A stretch of DNA of 64,000 nt, taken from contig JBEKIG010000002.1 in assembly GCA_050011875.1 (NCBI GenBank), positions 32,001 through 96,000 on the forward strand, given 5' to 3'. This stretch comes from Nitrososphaeria archaeon. GTDB taxonomy: Archaea; Thermoproteota; Nitrososphaeria; JACIWG01. Within the stretch, counting starts at the first letter, position 1, and each line of letters starts with the position of its first letter. The position numbers and the translations under genes were made by a program. Under the pieces are notes generated by a model. It was not told where the DNA came from and ran no database searches. It worked only from the letters and a program-made list of their open reading frames with translations. Shown one piece after another: positions 18,358 through 28,258 of this stretch.

Positions 18358-18777
18358 TTAAGACACCATGGTATCTACTATATCTTTTACCACCTTTGCG
18401 AATATCGTTATGTCTCTTTCCGTATTATAAAAATAGGTTGATACTTTAACAACCCCTTTTGCCTCTCCTAGAACTTTGTTCGTATTAACTTGAGCACACC
18501 GATGACCGCTCCTAACTTTAATATTGTTTGTAGAATCCAAGATCATAACTATTTCAGCAGAATCCATATTTTCGATATTAAAGGCAAAGATATTTGTATG
18601 ACACTCAATAGAAGGACCATAGATCTTTATTACATTAACATTCCCTAAAAGTTGATTAACTAACCTCATTAGGTTTCGATCATGTTGAAGAATATCGTTT
18701 AAACCGACTTTCTTAACGTATTCGAAAGCATCAGCCATCGCCATCACTTCGCAATGAGCAACAGTTCCAGCCTCAAA
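18358..18777 (-). pseudogene. C-terminal fragment of a SufS/CsdA-type cysteine desulfurase
   Basis: FEAGT upstream of the ORF-track start, VRSGHRCAQ catalytic loop, YFYNT; PLP-lysine region absent. Confidence 0.75.
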
Positions 18778-18842
18778 TTATTAAATTTTGTGTTTATCAT
18801 AGTTAAAATACTTATATCTGGGTTTTTGATAATGCATGCGAA

Positions 18843-19271
18843 GTGATAAATTTGGTATCAGAAGAATTAAAGAATATGCTCAACAATGCCATTGCCAGAG
18901 AACTTCAAGTTGCTATTCAGTACATGTGGCAACACGTTACATGGCGAGGTGTCAAGGCATATACATATAACGATAAATTGCAAAAGATAGCAATAGAAGA
19001 GATGAAGCATGCTGAGAAGATCGCTGAAAGGCTCTTTTATTTGGGCGGCACGCCGACTACAAAACCGGAGCCAATTAACGTTGGAGTGGTGATCAAGGAA
19101 CAAATAAAGCAAGATATTAAAGACGAAGAGAATGCCATATCAATGTACAAGGGCATAATTGAAAAAGCCAATTCAGAGAAAGATGTGACGACGGCTTTCA
19201 TATTTAAGGAAATATTAGAACAAGAAGAAGAACACCACGATTTCTTTACGACAGCTATTGAGGACCTCTAG
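18843..19271 (+). CDS. Ferritin-like/bacterioferritin protein
   Basis: REL..QYMWQH, EEMKHAE, EEEHH. Confidence 0.9.
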   Translation: MINLVSEELKNMLNNAIARELQVAIQYMWQHVTWRGVKAYTYNDKLQKIAIEEMKHAEKIAERLFYLGGTPTTKPEPINVGVVIKEQIKQDIKDEENAISMYKGIIEKANSEKDVTTAFIFKEILEQEEEHHDFFTTAIEDL

Positions 19272-19357
19272 CCTCCTCCCCTTTTTTATTGCCATCACAA
19301 TTTTTAAAATGTTTAGGTTAACTAACGTTTTTATGCATAGAAGGTATAACAATTAAT

Positions 19358-20878
19358 ATGCCTTTAAAGGTAAAAATACTTGATATTCTTTCTGGGAAAA
19401 GGGCTATCATTCTAAACAAGTCGGACGCTGATCATATTGGAGTAGAGCTGCTTGATCGAGTTAAAGTAGTTCATGAAAATAAAACCATTACTGCAATCGC
19501 GGAGATAAGCGAGGACCTAAAGCTTGTCCCTCGAGGGCAAATAGGGTTCTATAAAGAGATTGCCTCAGAGATAGGCGCATTAAATGGTGAACAAGCCGAT
19601 GTTTCTTTAGCGAAGACGCCTATGTCTGTAACTTACATTAGGAAGAAGGTTAAGGGAAAGACTCTTCTCCCCGAAGAAATAGAAAGTATCTTACAGGACA
19701 CAGTTGCATTGAACCTGAGTGAATTAGAGATAGCCGCCTTCCTGCTTGCCCAAGAATTTTATGGAATGAATATGGATGAGGTAGAAGCTTTGACTAAGGG
19801 TATGATAAAAACTGGCAACGTTCTTGAACTGCCAGGTAAGGTCGTCGACAAACATTCTATTGGAGGAGTACCTGGAAACAAGGTGTCTTTACTTATCGTA
19901 CCTATAATAGCTTCGACAGGATTATATATACCTAAAACGTCTTCAAGAGCAATAACAAGCCCTTCGGGAACAACTGATACAATGAGTGTTTTAGCTAACG
20001 TTGAATTTTCAATTGAAGAACTAAGAAAGATTGTCATGAAAGTTGGAGGATCAATTGTTTGGGGTGGTGCGTTAAATTTAGCGCCGACAGACGATATTTT
20101 CATTAGAGTTGAGCATCCGCTTAGCATAGATCCCAAATCACAAATGCTGGCGAGTATCATTTCAAAAAAGGCTGCGGAAGGTATTTCCTGCCTCGTTCTA
20201 GACCTGCCGACTGGAAAGGGAGCTAAAGTTGAAACAGCCGCACAGGCTAACTCTCTAGCGGCTGATTTTGTAGAGTTAGGTAAACGACTAGGCATAACGG
20301 TCAGGTGTGGAATAACATATGGCGGTCAACCTATAGGACGGGCTATAGGACCCGCGCTGGAAGCAAGTGAAGCACTTAACGCGCTGATAAACCCAGAAGA
20401 AGCATCAAAAAGTCTTGTAGGTAAATCAACAGCATTAGCTGGAATACTGCTAGAGCTTACGGGATTAGCTGAAAAGGGTCAGGGTGAAGGGATGGCAATG
20501 GAGATACTTAGAAACGGTAAAGCGTACAATAAATTTAAAGAAATAATTGAAGCACAGGGAGGAAATCCGAACATAAAGCCTGATATGATACCTATAGGAA
20601 AAAACTCATATCAGATAATTTCAGAAACCGATGGTTACGTTACTTATGTCGATAACCAAGTAATAAACGATGTCGCGCGTGCCGTCGGCGCTCCTATGGA
20701 AAAAGGTTCGGGAATTATACTTCACGCAAAACAAGGATACAAAGTTGAGAAAGGACAGGTTTTAATGGAAATCTTTGCCGAGAGAGCGACAAAGTTACAG
20801 GAGGCTCTTTCTATATGCAACTATGAAAAACCCATTTTAGTCGAAAGTATGTTGCTGTCAACTTATCCTGTTTACTAG
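19358..20878 (+). CDS. deoA: AMP phosphorylase
   Basis: DKHSIGGVPGNK, PKTSSRAITSPSGT, QPIGRAIGPALEA plus N-terminal extension. Confidence 0.92.
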   Translation: MPLKVKILDILSGKRAIILNKSDADHIGVELLDRVKVVHENKTITAIAEISEDLKLVPRGQIGFYKEIASEIGALNGEQADVSLAKTPMSVTYIRKKVKGKTLLPEEIESILQDTVALNLSELEIAAFLLAQEFYGMNMDEVEALTKGMIKTGNVLELPGKVVDKHSIGGVPGNKVSLLIVPIIASTGLYIPKTSSRAITSPSGTTDTMSVLANVEFSIEELRKIVMKVGGSIVWGGALNLAPTDDIFIRVEHPLSIDPKSQMLASIISKKAAEGISCLVLDLPTGKGAKVETAAQANSLAADFVELGKRLGITVRCGITYGGQPIGRAIGPALEASEALNALINPEEASKSLVGKSTALAGILLELTGLAEKGQGEGMAMEILRNGKAYNKFKEIIEAQGGNPNIKPDMIPIGKNSYQIISETDGYVTYVDNQVINDVARAVGAPMEKGSGIILHAKQGYKVEKGQVLMEIFAERATKLQEALSICNYEKPILVESMLLSTYPVY

Positions 20879-20938
20879 GAATTAACTAATACTTTAAAAG
20901 TTATAAGGTTGACAGAGAGAGCGTCGAGGTTGATCTAA

Positions 20939-21445
20939 ATGTCATCGATGGAAAGCTTTCTCGAAGCTATATACAACAAGTATAACAAGAATCCTCAAGG
21001 TTGGAATGTCATAGTCAGCAAAGACGAGAAAGGTTACCCCACAGTTCTATTTTTCTCAGAAGACGAAGTTTGGGAGCTAAAGATGGATAGCATGTACAAA
21101 CCTAATCCAATATGGGTGGGAAAAAGTTTTAAAAATGAAGAAAAAAACAGAAAGCTAGAAAACCCAAGCTATGGATTCAGGGGCTTAGAGAACGATCAAG
21201 CCAGTCGCTTGCTTAAAGCTATGGCTAGAGAGGATGCAGCAAAGGAAATAATAAGGAGCGTCCTAGAAAATGAACCAAAACCTTTAGAAGAAATAAAAGA
21301 TAGAAAAATGGTATTGCATGGGCCAATTATCAATTCACCAAAAATACCCGTCATTTCGCAACAGCAAGTAGATCTTGATATAAAGTTGAGAATTGAACTG
21401 CAAAAGCTTCTGTTAAATAGAGGAATTGGTTCCATGTACGGCTAA
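20939..21445 (+). CDS. Hypothetical protein
   Basis: 168-aa ORF with SD-like GAGGT. Confidence 0.7.
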   Translation: MSSMESFLEAIYNKYNKNPQGWNVIVSKDEKGYPTVLFFSEDEVWELKMDSMYKPNPIWVGKSFKNEEKNRKLENPSYGFRGLENDQASRLLKAMAREDAAKEIIRSVLENEPKPLEEIKDRKMVLHGPIINSPKIPVISQQQVDLDIKLRIELQKLLLNRGIGSMYG

Positions 21446-21450
21446 TTATT

Positions 21451-22071
21451 GTGTTCTACATGGAAACTACTCACAGGAAGCCAATTTGGACATATATCAT
21501 TATTGCTACATGCGTTGCCATATTCATTATCCAACAAATAACACCTTACAGCTCATGGGCAACATTAGAATTTTGGCCTGCTTATGCATATGTTTTCCCC
21601 TGGTCTTTTATTACAGCCATTTTTCTTCACGCGAGCATAGAACAGTTAGTTTTTAACATGATAGCAGTATTGTTTTTTGGTTACACACTAGAAAATATGC
21701 TTGGAGGGAAAATATTTTTAATAATATTCTTTCTTTCAGGAATAATTGGAAATGTCGGGTACCTACTTACTTCTATTACAGGATTAACTAATTTGTACAC
21801 ACCAGCTATCGGAGCATCAGGGGCAATATATGGCATAATTGGCACTCTTGTCGTCCTTATTCCTTTAAGAAGCGTTTACTTATACGGCCTTTTTACGATA
21901 CCGTTTGTATTCGTTGTAGCATTTTGGTTGCTGTTGGACATAATCGGACTCTTTGCACCTTCAGGAATAGCTGAAGGGGCGCACTTAGGTGGAATTGTTT
22001 TTGGAGCCATCTGTGGCTTCTATATAAGAAAAAGAATGCCCACTACTAGATATTCATACACTATAGTGTAG
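21451..22071 (+). CDS. Rhomboid intramembrane serine protease
   Basis: ITAIFLH, IGASGAIYG, AHLGG; start probably ATG 21460. Confidence 0.9.
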   Translation: MFYMETTHRKPIWTYIIIATCVAIFIIQQITPYSSWATLEFWPAYAYVFPWSFITAIFLHASIEQLVFNMIAVLFFGYTLENMLGGKIFLIIFFLSGIIGNVGYLLTSITGLTNLYTPAIGASGAIYGIIGTLVVLIPLRSVYLYGLFTIPFVFVVAFWLLLDIIGLFAPSGIAEGAHLGGIVFGAICGFYIRKRMPTTRYSYTIV

Positions 22072-22680
22072 AGCTTCCCAACTCGCCTGAAGAGATTTTT
22101 TCAATAAGCCTTCTATCGGTGGAATACCTATTGCAATAACCTTATTTTGCATACTTCCATTTCGAATCATTATCGAACCACTCGCATTGGGAACGACCAC
22201 TCCCCAAGAATTAATTTCATCTTCTAAACCCAGTTGCTTTGAAAGTATGACCCTTATAGGGTCGTAGTGTGAAACCATAACGATGATTTCTCTACACCTC
22301 TCTTGTAGAAAATCGTTAGTACGCCTGCTAATTTCATCCCATGATTCAACTCCTTCATACACGCCTTCCACGAGTAATGTTTTCCAATTAATTGAGTCAA
22401 CCTTTTTGTTGTTTAAGCGACCAAATGATCTCTCTCTGATTCTGTCATCAATCACTACATTGCATTCTAGTTTTGAAGCTATGATGTCAGCCGTTTCCCT
22501 AGCTCTAAGGATAGGGCTCGAATAAATCTCCCCTAATCTTAGACCCACCAGTTCTTCACCTATCACTGAGGCTTGAGCTCTGCCTTTCTCTGTTAGTGGA
22601 TAAGACCCATGGTCGTGACTTATTATACGCTGGACATTGGATGTACTTTCACCATGTCTTATCATTACCAAAACAGACAT
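22054..22680 (-). CDS. Histidine phosphatase / cofactor-dependent phosphoglycerate mutase family
   Basis: RHGES, SSPILRA, ERSFG, VSH. Confidence 0.88.
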   Translation of the reverse strand: MSVLVMIRHGESTSNVQRIISHDHGSYPLTEKGRAQASVIGEELVGLRLGEIYSSPILRARETADIIASKLECNVVIDDRIRERSFGRLNNKKVDSINWKTLLVEGVYEGVESWDEISRRTNDFLQERCREIIVMVSHYDPIRVILSKQLGLEDEINSWGVVVPNASGSIMIRNGSMQNKVIAIGIPPIEGLLKKSLQASWEALHYSV

Positions 22681-22701
22681 TAAGCTATCACTTCTTTTAA
22701 C

Positions 22702-23277
22702 TCACACTAAGAAGAATCCGACCAGAACCGTAGCAAATGGGACGGAAATGTTATCGTCCAACCAGGGCTGGTACTCGGCTAAAGTCGCAACTGTTGCAAG
22801 TAGTATTCCCTTTAAACCTAAAAATAGGTATCCTATTAGGGTACATGTTAAAACCATCGCCAGTGTTCCAGTCCAATGCTTACCCCTTTTCTTAAGAAAC
22901 CTTGATCGTACTATGCCGGTTATGGAGTCGCCTACTGCCATAAAAAGCATTGCTGTACCAGCCAAAATTCTGGTGGTTGGTGGCCAAAGGAGTAAGCCTA
23001 ACACCGCGAAGCTAAAACAAAAAAAGACCTCGCCGAAATTGTTCTTCTCTTGGAACCATTTAAGCTCCATTGATCTAAAGTGTGGAACCGTCAAGAAAAG
23101 GGCAAAAAGTGTGCCAAACAAAGAAAAGACGTATGGTTCCTTAAATAGATACATGTAAGACAATACAGCAGGTGTTACTGAAAGGTGTATTAACTTTCTG
23201 TTCACCCAAATGTTTTTGAACCTTCTCGTCAAAATGACGGTTGATAGAATCAGGATAAAAAGTAGAACAGCCATCAA
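22702..23277 (-). CDS. Dolichol/phytol kinase-like membrane protein
   Basis: RKLIH, AVGDSITG, KHWTG, DDNISVP. Confidence 0.8.
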   Translation of the reverse strand: MMAVLLFILILSTVILTRRFKNIWVNRKLIHLSVTPAVLSYMYLFKEPYVFSLFGTLFALFLTVPHFRSMELKWFQEKNNFGEVFFCFSFAVLGLLLWPPTTRILAGTAMLFMAVGDSITGIVRSRFLKKRGKHWTGTLAMVLTCTLIGYLFLGLKGILLATVATLAEYQPWLDDNISVPFATVLVGFFLV

Positions 23278-23447
23278 GGAGTCTGTAAAGAACTACATAA
23301 AAATTTCATTCATACTTGGTAATCTAAAAATTTTCTTTATAATGTTTGCTAAAAAAAGTCATAGGGAAAGATTTACATATAATGCGTAGATAAAAGGTGC
23401 TCTTTATAAGAAGACTTAATAACCCTTAAATCCAAGTTGCGAATTAT

Positions 23448-24023
23448 ATGAATAGTGATTCGATAGAAAAAATTGTTTATTTTGAGAGTGCTGGGGAATG
23501 GACAGGAAAAGTTTTTGAGGTTTCAAAGGAGTATGCCGAAAAATCGGGCATAAAGGATGTTGTTGTCGCTTCAACCAAAGGAGAAACGGGAGCAAAGGCA
23601 TCTGCTTTTTTCAAGGGGTACAACCTAGTAGTGGTAACTCATGCAAACGGTCATAAAGAGCTCGGTAAAAATGAACTCACCGAAAAAAATAGGAAAATTA
23701 TTGAAAGAAATGGCGGTAAGATCCTGACAGCAACTCATGCATTAAGTGGTACGGAAAAGGCTTTTAAAAAGAAACTTGGCACAGTTGGCACTCTAGAGAT
23801 TATGGCGAGTACTCTTAGGACCTTTGGACAAGGTGTCAAGGTTTGTCTAGAAATAGCAGTGATGGCAGCAGACGCAGGACTTATCCCTGTTGACAGAGAC
23901 GTAATATGTATTGGCGGCACAGGGAAAGCGGCTGACACAGCTTTATTGATTAAGGCCGCGAATTCAGGTGATTTCTTTGATCTAAAGGTAAGGAAGGTTC
24001 TTTGCAAGCCTTCGGACTTTTAA
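23448..24023 (+). CDS. Pyruvate kinase C-terminal-like domain protein (MTH1675-like)
   Basis: VVASTKGETG, VVVTH, GQGVKVCLEIAVMAADAG. Confidence 0.85.
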   Translation: MNSDSIEKIVYFESAGEWTGKVFEVSKEYAEKSGIKDVVVASTKGETGAKASAFFKGYNLVVVTHANGHKELGKNELTEKNRKIIERNGGKILTATHALSGTEKAFKKKLGTVGTLEIMASTLRTFGQGVKVCLEIAVMAADAGLIPVDRDVICIGGTGKAADTALLIKAANSGDFFDLKVRKVLCKPSDF

Positions 24024-24070
24024 AAAAGACTTATTTTTGATAGATATTTACCTACGACGATGAATAGAAG

Positions 24071-24868
24071 ATGTTTAAAGGGGTCCATGGCGTATTTTTG
24101 GATCTAGATGGATGCATGTATAGAGGTAAAACGCTTGTTCCGAACGCTGACAAGACGGTTGCATTATTAAAAGAACGAGGGTATAAGATACTTTATGTGA
24201 CAAATAACGCTTCTAGGACGCAAAGGGAATATGTAGATCACTTCAGGAGAATGGGTTTACCTACGGAAGAAAAAGAGTTTTACACATCAGCTATGGCTAC
24301 ATCTTCCTATCTGACAAAGATGTACGGATCAGGACGGCGTGTATTTGTTGTAGGCACAGAGTCTTTGAAGAGTGAATTAAGAGAGAAAAATTTTGTTATA
24401 GTGAACGAAGATGATGCTAAAAAAGCCGAATTTGTTGTTCTTTGCCTAGACTTGGATACAACTTACAAACGATTAACAGCAGCCTGTTATGCGTTACAGA
24501 ATGGAGCGAAGTTCATTGCGACAAATCTAGATATGGTTCTGCCGGTTGAAGACGGATATTGGCCAGGTGCTGGAGCGATTTCAGCAGCAATCACTGCGGC
24601 TACAAAAGTTAAACCTTTCTTGATAGGAAAACCTTCAAAAATACTAATCCAAATGGCACTAAAATACTGTGGATTAAACAAAAACGAAGTCCTTATCGTT
24701 GGTGACAAGTTTGAGACAGATATCAGGGTCGCGAACAGGCTCAAAATGAAGTCAGTACTTGTTCTAACAGGTGTGACTAAAATGGAGCAGCTTGAAAGGA
24801 TACCGAAGAGGCTTCACCCAAGTGTAATCTTAGATAGTGTTAACGATCTTCCTAAGGTTCTTCCTTGA
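24071..24868 (+). CDS. HAD-IIA (NagD-like) phosphatase
   Basis: DLDGC, TNNAS, GKPS, VGDKFETD. Confidence 0.9.
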   Translation: MFKGVHGVFLDLDGCMYRGKTLVPNADKTVALLKERGYKILYVTNNASRTQREYVDHFRRMGLPTEEKEFYTSAMATSSYLTKMYGSGRRVFVVGTESLKSELREKNFVIVNEDDAKKAEFVVLCLDLDTTYKRLTAACYALQNGAKFIATNLDMVLPVEDGYWPGAGAISAAITAATKVKPFLIGKPSKILIQMALKYCGLNKNEVLIVGDKFETDIRVANRLKMKSVLVLTGVTKMEQLERIPKRLHPSVILDSVNDLPKVLP

Positions 24869-24954
24869 CTAAAGATTTATCGATTGGGCGAGACATATGT
24901 CTCCTACGGTAACTCCTGATAAAATAAATAAATTAGAAAAGCGCTAGACCCGAT

Positions 24955-25449
24955 TTACAAGCTTATTCTAACCTTATTTTCTAGGTCACTGTTGAATATA
25001 TCTTTTTTTGCAGTATTTTTTCTAGAAATAATCAAGAAAGTAGCTTGTTCTGTTAATGGAATAGGAGGCACATGCCATGTTCCTTTATGCATCATTATAG
25101 CTTTTGTTCCGTCAAATATGAATGCCTCCAACTTGTTCATTTCTGGTTTTGCTTTTGGATCTCCTAACCTATTTGGTGGCGCAAAAGGAAAGATGCTATA
25201 CCCTTCAAGTGGAATAAATATTTCTGACGTCTTTACATGCCGCTCCATGCTGGTGAACTCAAAAGGCTTCCTCTTACATAGAAGAAAACTTGCCGCTCTT
25301 TCTTCAATTGGAAGATGAACGACTTCATCCCAGTAATCTAGTGCAGGTGTTGATGCACTCGGTTTTATTTTTGGTAAGCTGATAATTGTCCCAAATGGGC
25401 TGAATCCTTTATCTGTTAATAATTTTGCTTTAACTTCCACGTATTCCAT
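24955..25449 (-). CDS. Ureidoglycolate lyase (AllA-like) cupin
   Basis: FSPFG, MERHVKTSEIFIPL, GTWH. Confidence 0.8.
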   Translation of the reverse strand: MEYVEVKAKLLTDKGFSPFGTIISLPKIKPSASTPALDYWDEVVHLPIEERAASFLLCKRKPFEFTSMERHVKTSEIFIPLEGYSIFPFAPPNRLGDPKAKPEMNKLEAFIFDGTKAIMMHKGTWHVPPIPLTEQATFLIISRKNTAKKDIFNSDLENKVRISL

Positions 25450-25565
25450 ACCATCGTTATAATATTCACTACAATGATTAATAATGATTTTTCTTAAACG
25501 AGGACTTTTTTTTCATAATGTCTTCTAATATTTTTAATATCTATTTTCATTGAATATTGTTTTAA

Positions 25566-26273
25566 CTAATAGCCTTGAAAGCTTTCTTTTTTAATTTTCG
25601 TGGAATCTACGTTCAATTTTAAAAGCAGATCTTCCATTGCATTCACCATTATAGATGGGCCACATATGTAAAATACCCTATTTAGGTAATCTGGGACTTC
25701 TTTATTAACCATTTCACCAGTTATTACACCTTTATAACCGACCCATTTTTCTTTAGGTTCATCTAGAGTTAAGATAACCTTCAAATTCGGGTTCTTCTGT
25801 TGCATTTCTCCTAGTTCTTCTCTGAAAGCTATATCAGCTTCTGTATGGTTACCGTAGATAAGCGTGATTTTGGTTGCAAGTTTAAGATCTGAGCAGTATC
25901 TACATATGCTTCTCAGAGGTGTAATTCCAATCCCCCCTGACAGTAAAACTATGCCATCATACTGACCTTCGAAAATGAAATTTCCGTATGGCGCATCTAT
26001 TTTAACCCTGTCGCCAACCTCAAGAGATTCTAAAGCGTTCGAGAATTCGTGCCCCGTTAATTTCTTCGTGAACTCTATAAATTCCTTTTCAGTTGGACTA
26101 CTTGAGATCGAAAAAGGCTTTTTAGCTTCTTCCCCTTTAATGTTTAATGTTAAAAACATAAACTGACCAGCCTTATAATTAAAAGACTGAGACCTGTTAA
26201 ACCTAAAACTTTTAACATTATATGTTCTTTTAATGATTTGTTTAACTTCTGTTTCAAACATCATTATATTCAT
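25566..26273 (-). CDS. FAD/NAD(P)-binding oxidoreductase (FNR family)
   Basis: AGQF, PFSISS, GGIGITP, YICGP, ESF. Confidence 0.9.
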   Translation of the reverse strand: MNIMMFETEVKQIIKRTYNVKSFRFNRSQSFNYKAGQFMFLTLNIKGEEAKKPFSISSSPTEKEFIEFTKKLTGHEFSNALESLEVGDRVKIDAPYGNFIFEGQYDGIVLLSGGIGITPLRSICRYCSDLKLATKITLIYGNHTEADIAFREELGEMQQKNPNLKVILTLDEPKEKWVGYKGVITGEMVNKEVPDYLNRVFYICGPSIMVNAMEDLLLKLNVDSTKIKKESFQGY

Positions 26274-26371
26274 GCCCCTTATTTTACTATTTTAATATAG
26301 TTTCTGGTAGTCTGTAAACAATTTTTTGAATTATGAAGAATTTATAAGTCTCTATCTAGTAGTATTATAAC

Positions 26372-26737
26372 ATGGTTGTTTTGCAACCTAAACGTTTAAG
26401 GTACGGCGAATACGCTTTCTTTTTGATTATAGCAGTTCTAGGCCTGTCTGGAGTCCTTTATTTCGGAGGCGTAACAAAGTATGGTATCAAACTCTATGTG
26501 AGCTTATTACTAGCATCTTTAGGCGTCTATACCCTCGCCTTTGTTTTCTATTATTTGAAATTTATTCGTAGTTACGTAAGAAACTATATGTTCCTTTGGG
26601 GTTATATATTAGCTTCAATAGGGTTCGCGCTGTTCTTAGATTTACTGAATCATAATCTATTTCTAAACATTAGCATAACTGTATTAATAGGCGCCCTACT
26701 TGGATTTGCCAGTGTAAGATATGCTGGAAGGCAATGA
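26372..26737 (+). CDS. Hypothetical membrane protein
   Basis: About four hydrophobic segments; TATA-like TTTATAAG upstream. Confidence 0.65.
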   Translation: MVVLQPKRLRYGEYAFFLIIAVLGLSGVLYFGGVTKYGIKLYVSLLLASLGVYTLAFVFYYLKFIRSYVRNYMFLWGYILASIGFALFLDLLNHNLFLNISITVLIGALLGFASVRYAGRQ

Positions 26738-26863
26738 CTAATCAAATAATAATTAGATAATAGGCAATGTTGGTCGAACTACTGCTACGTTATTGGAATA
26801 TTTTCTATTTTATTAATATTTTCTTTATAAGTATGCTATTTATATTTCTAAGTTAGGATAAAA

Positions 26864-27376
26864 ATGTCAGACGCCTATGAAAGAATCAAAGGGGAACAGG
26901 GATTTCTGGAAAAGATAATGTCATACATACCTGGGTACCATGGGTACAAGGAGAAAGAGCTCAGGAGAGAAACAGATAAATTAGTCAGAGAATTTTCTGT
27001 TCAGAAGTTAAAAGAAGCAAAGATCGCTCTCAATGAAGCAATCAGAGAAGTTTCAGATTCAGGAAATGCCGGTGCGTTCCAATATTCCAACCGCGCAATG
27101 GCTGTACTAGATAGAGTGACAAACAAAATCGAGCACGCTGATTACGGTTATTCCGGCTTCTTCGACGCTATTAAGGTAAGAGAGAATAAGTTGGATAAAC
27201 TGATCGAATTCGACTATACTCTAATTGACCTTTGCAAGTCAATGCAGGAAACAGCAGCTACTGTAGCAGGTCAACCTGACGTGGGCAAAGCGTTCAACGA
27301 TTTTAGAAAAAAGCTGCTTGACGTAGAATCTAAACTTAATAATAGGGAAAGCGTTATTTTCGATATGGGTAAGTAA
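26864..27376 (+). CDS. Conserved hypothetical helical protein
   Basis: IPGYHGYKEKELRRETD, ADYGYSGFFD. Confidence 0.75.
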   Translation: MSDAYERIKGEQGFLEKIMSYIPGYHGYKEKELRRETDKLVREFSVQKLKEAKIALNEAIREVSDSGNAGAFQYSNRAMAVLDRVTNKIEHADYGYSGFFDAIKVRENKLDKLIEFDYTLIDLCKSMQETAATVAGQPDVGKAFNDFRKKLLDVESKLNNRESVIFDMGK

Positions 27377-27738
27377 TGCAGGAAGTTATTGAATGGCCAA
27401 CACAAGGTGAAAACGATATTTCTGTATAGATATCCAAAAAATATAATTACTTGGGGAAGCTAATTGGTAGTTAGAGAGTAGAAGGAAGCCATATTCTTTA
27501 GAGATGGTAAAGCGTACGATGTATCCTAAGCTGGAAGGCACACGATAACTACGCTCAACCTGCCTTTGCTAACGGGAATACTTAGCAGAATAGTGTGTTT
27601 ATTATAGACCACCTTTTACTACCCGTTGCTGCTAAAACCTCTACAAATTCCAAACTTAATTTCTACACAAATTGTGGACTCCATCTAAAAAGCCTCACTT
27701 CGACACCAAAATTCTGTCCTAACCGTGGAACAAAGTAA
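27376..27738 (+). pseudogene. Decayed SPFH-domain/zinc-ribbon protein
   Basis: MQEVIEW.., after frameshift ITWGS*LVVRE*KEAIFFRDGKAYDV..GRHTITTLNLPLL; remnants NCG and KFCPNRG; several stops and an internal deletion. Confidence 0.75.
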
Positions 27739-27840
27739 TTATAAAGCCACATCGCTTATTCACGTTCATATATATGAACAATTATGCAATGTTTCTATTA
27801 AAAGGGATTAATGTGCAGCACGAATTTATTATTAACAGCT

Positions 27841-27870
27841 TTGTTATCAAACTTGATATCAATATTGATA
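27841..27870. repeat. Nested palindrome copy A
   Basis: TTGTTATCAAACTTGATATCAATATTGATA. Confidence 0.7.
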
Positions 27871-28258
27871 TAGAACCTAGACCATGCATTTTATTAATTA
27901 AAGTGGTTTTATATGTCTGACATTAAGAAAATTGGTGTTGTTTAGAAATAAGGATTTTTTTGTAGGCAGAGACTTTAAAGGCCTTAAAGTTAGTTTCGAT
28001 ATGTAAAAAGAAAAGCGAACAAGAGCCACAATTATACACAAGTATTGATTGATACTATATTCCCAAGTGAAAATCTGTGAACAGGTTTGCCGTAGAGCAG
28101 GCTATAAAATTGTTTGAAGATGGGAGTATTGTTCAGTCAAAGGTAAATTAGATAAGGAAATAATCATATGAACTAAGTGAATAACCGTATAGATCGAGAC
28201 ACATTCACTTCCTCCCAAGTTAAAAGATATATATGTGACGATTTTAAACATTCAGTAA

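Noticed and set aside
19358-20878. AMP phosphorylase without adjacent R15P isomerase or RuBisCO
   Set aside because: These genes are commonly unlinked in archaea; the window cannot show absence.
24890-24903. 14-bp palindrome GAGACATATGTCTC between convergent genes
   Set aside because: Single copy; plausible by chance or a simple terminator.
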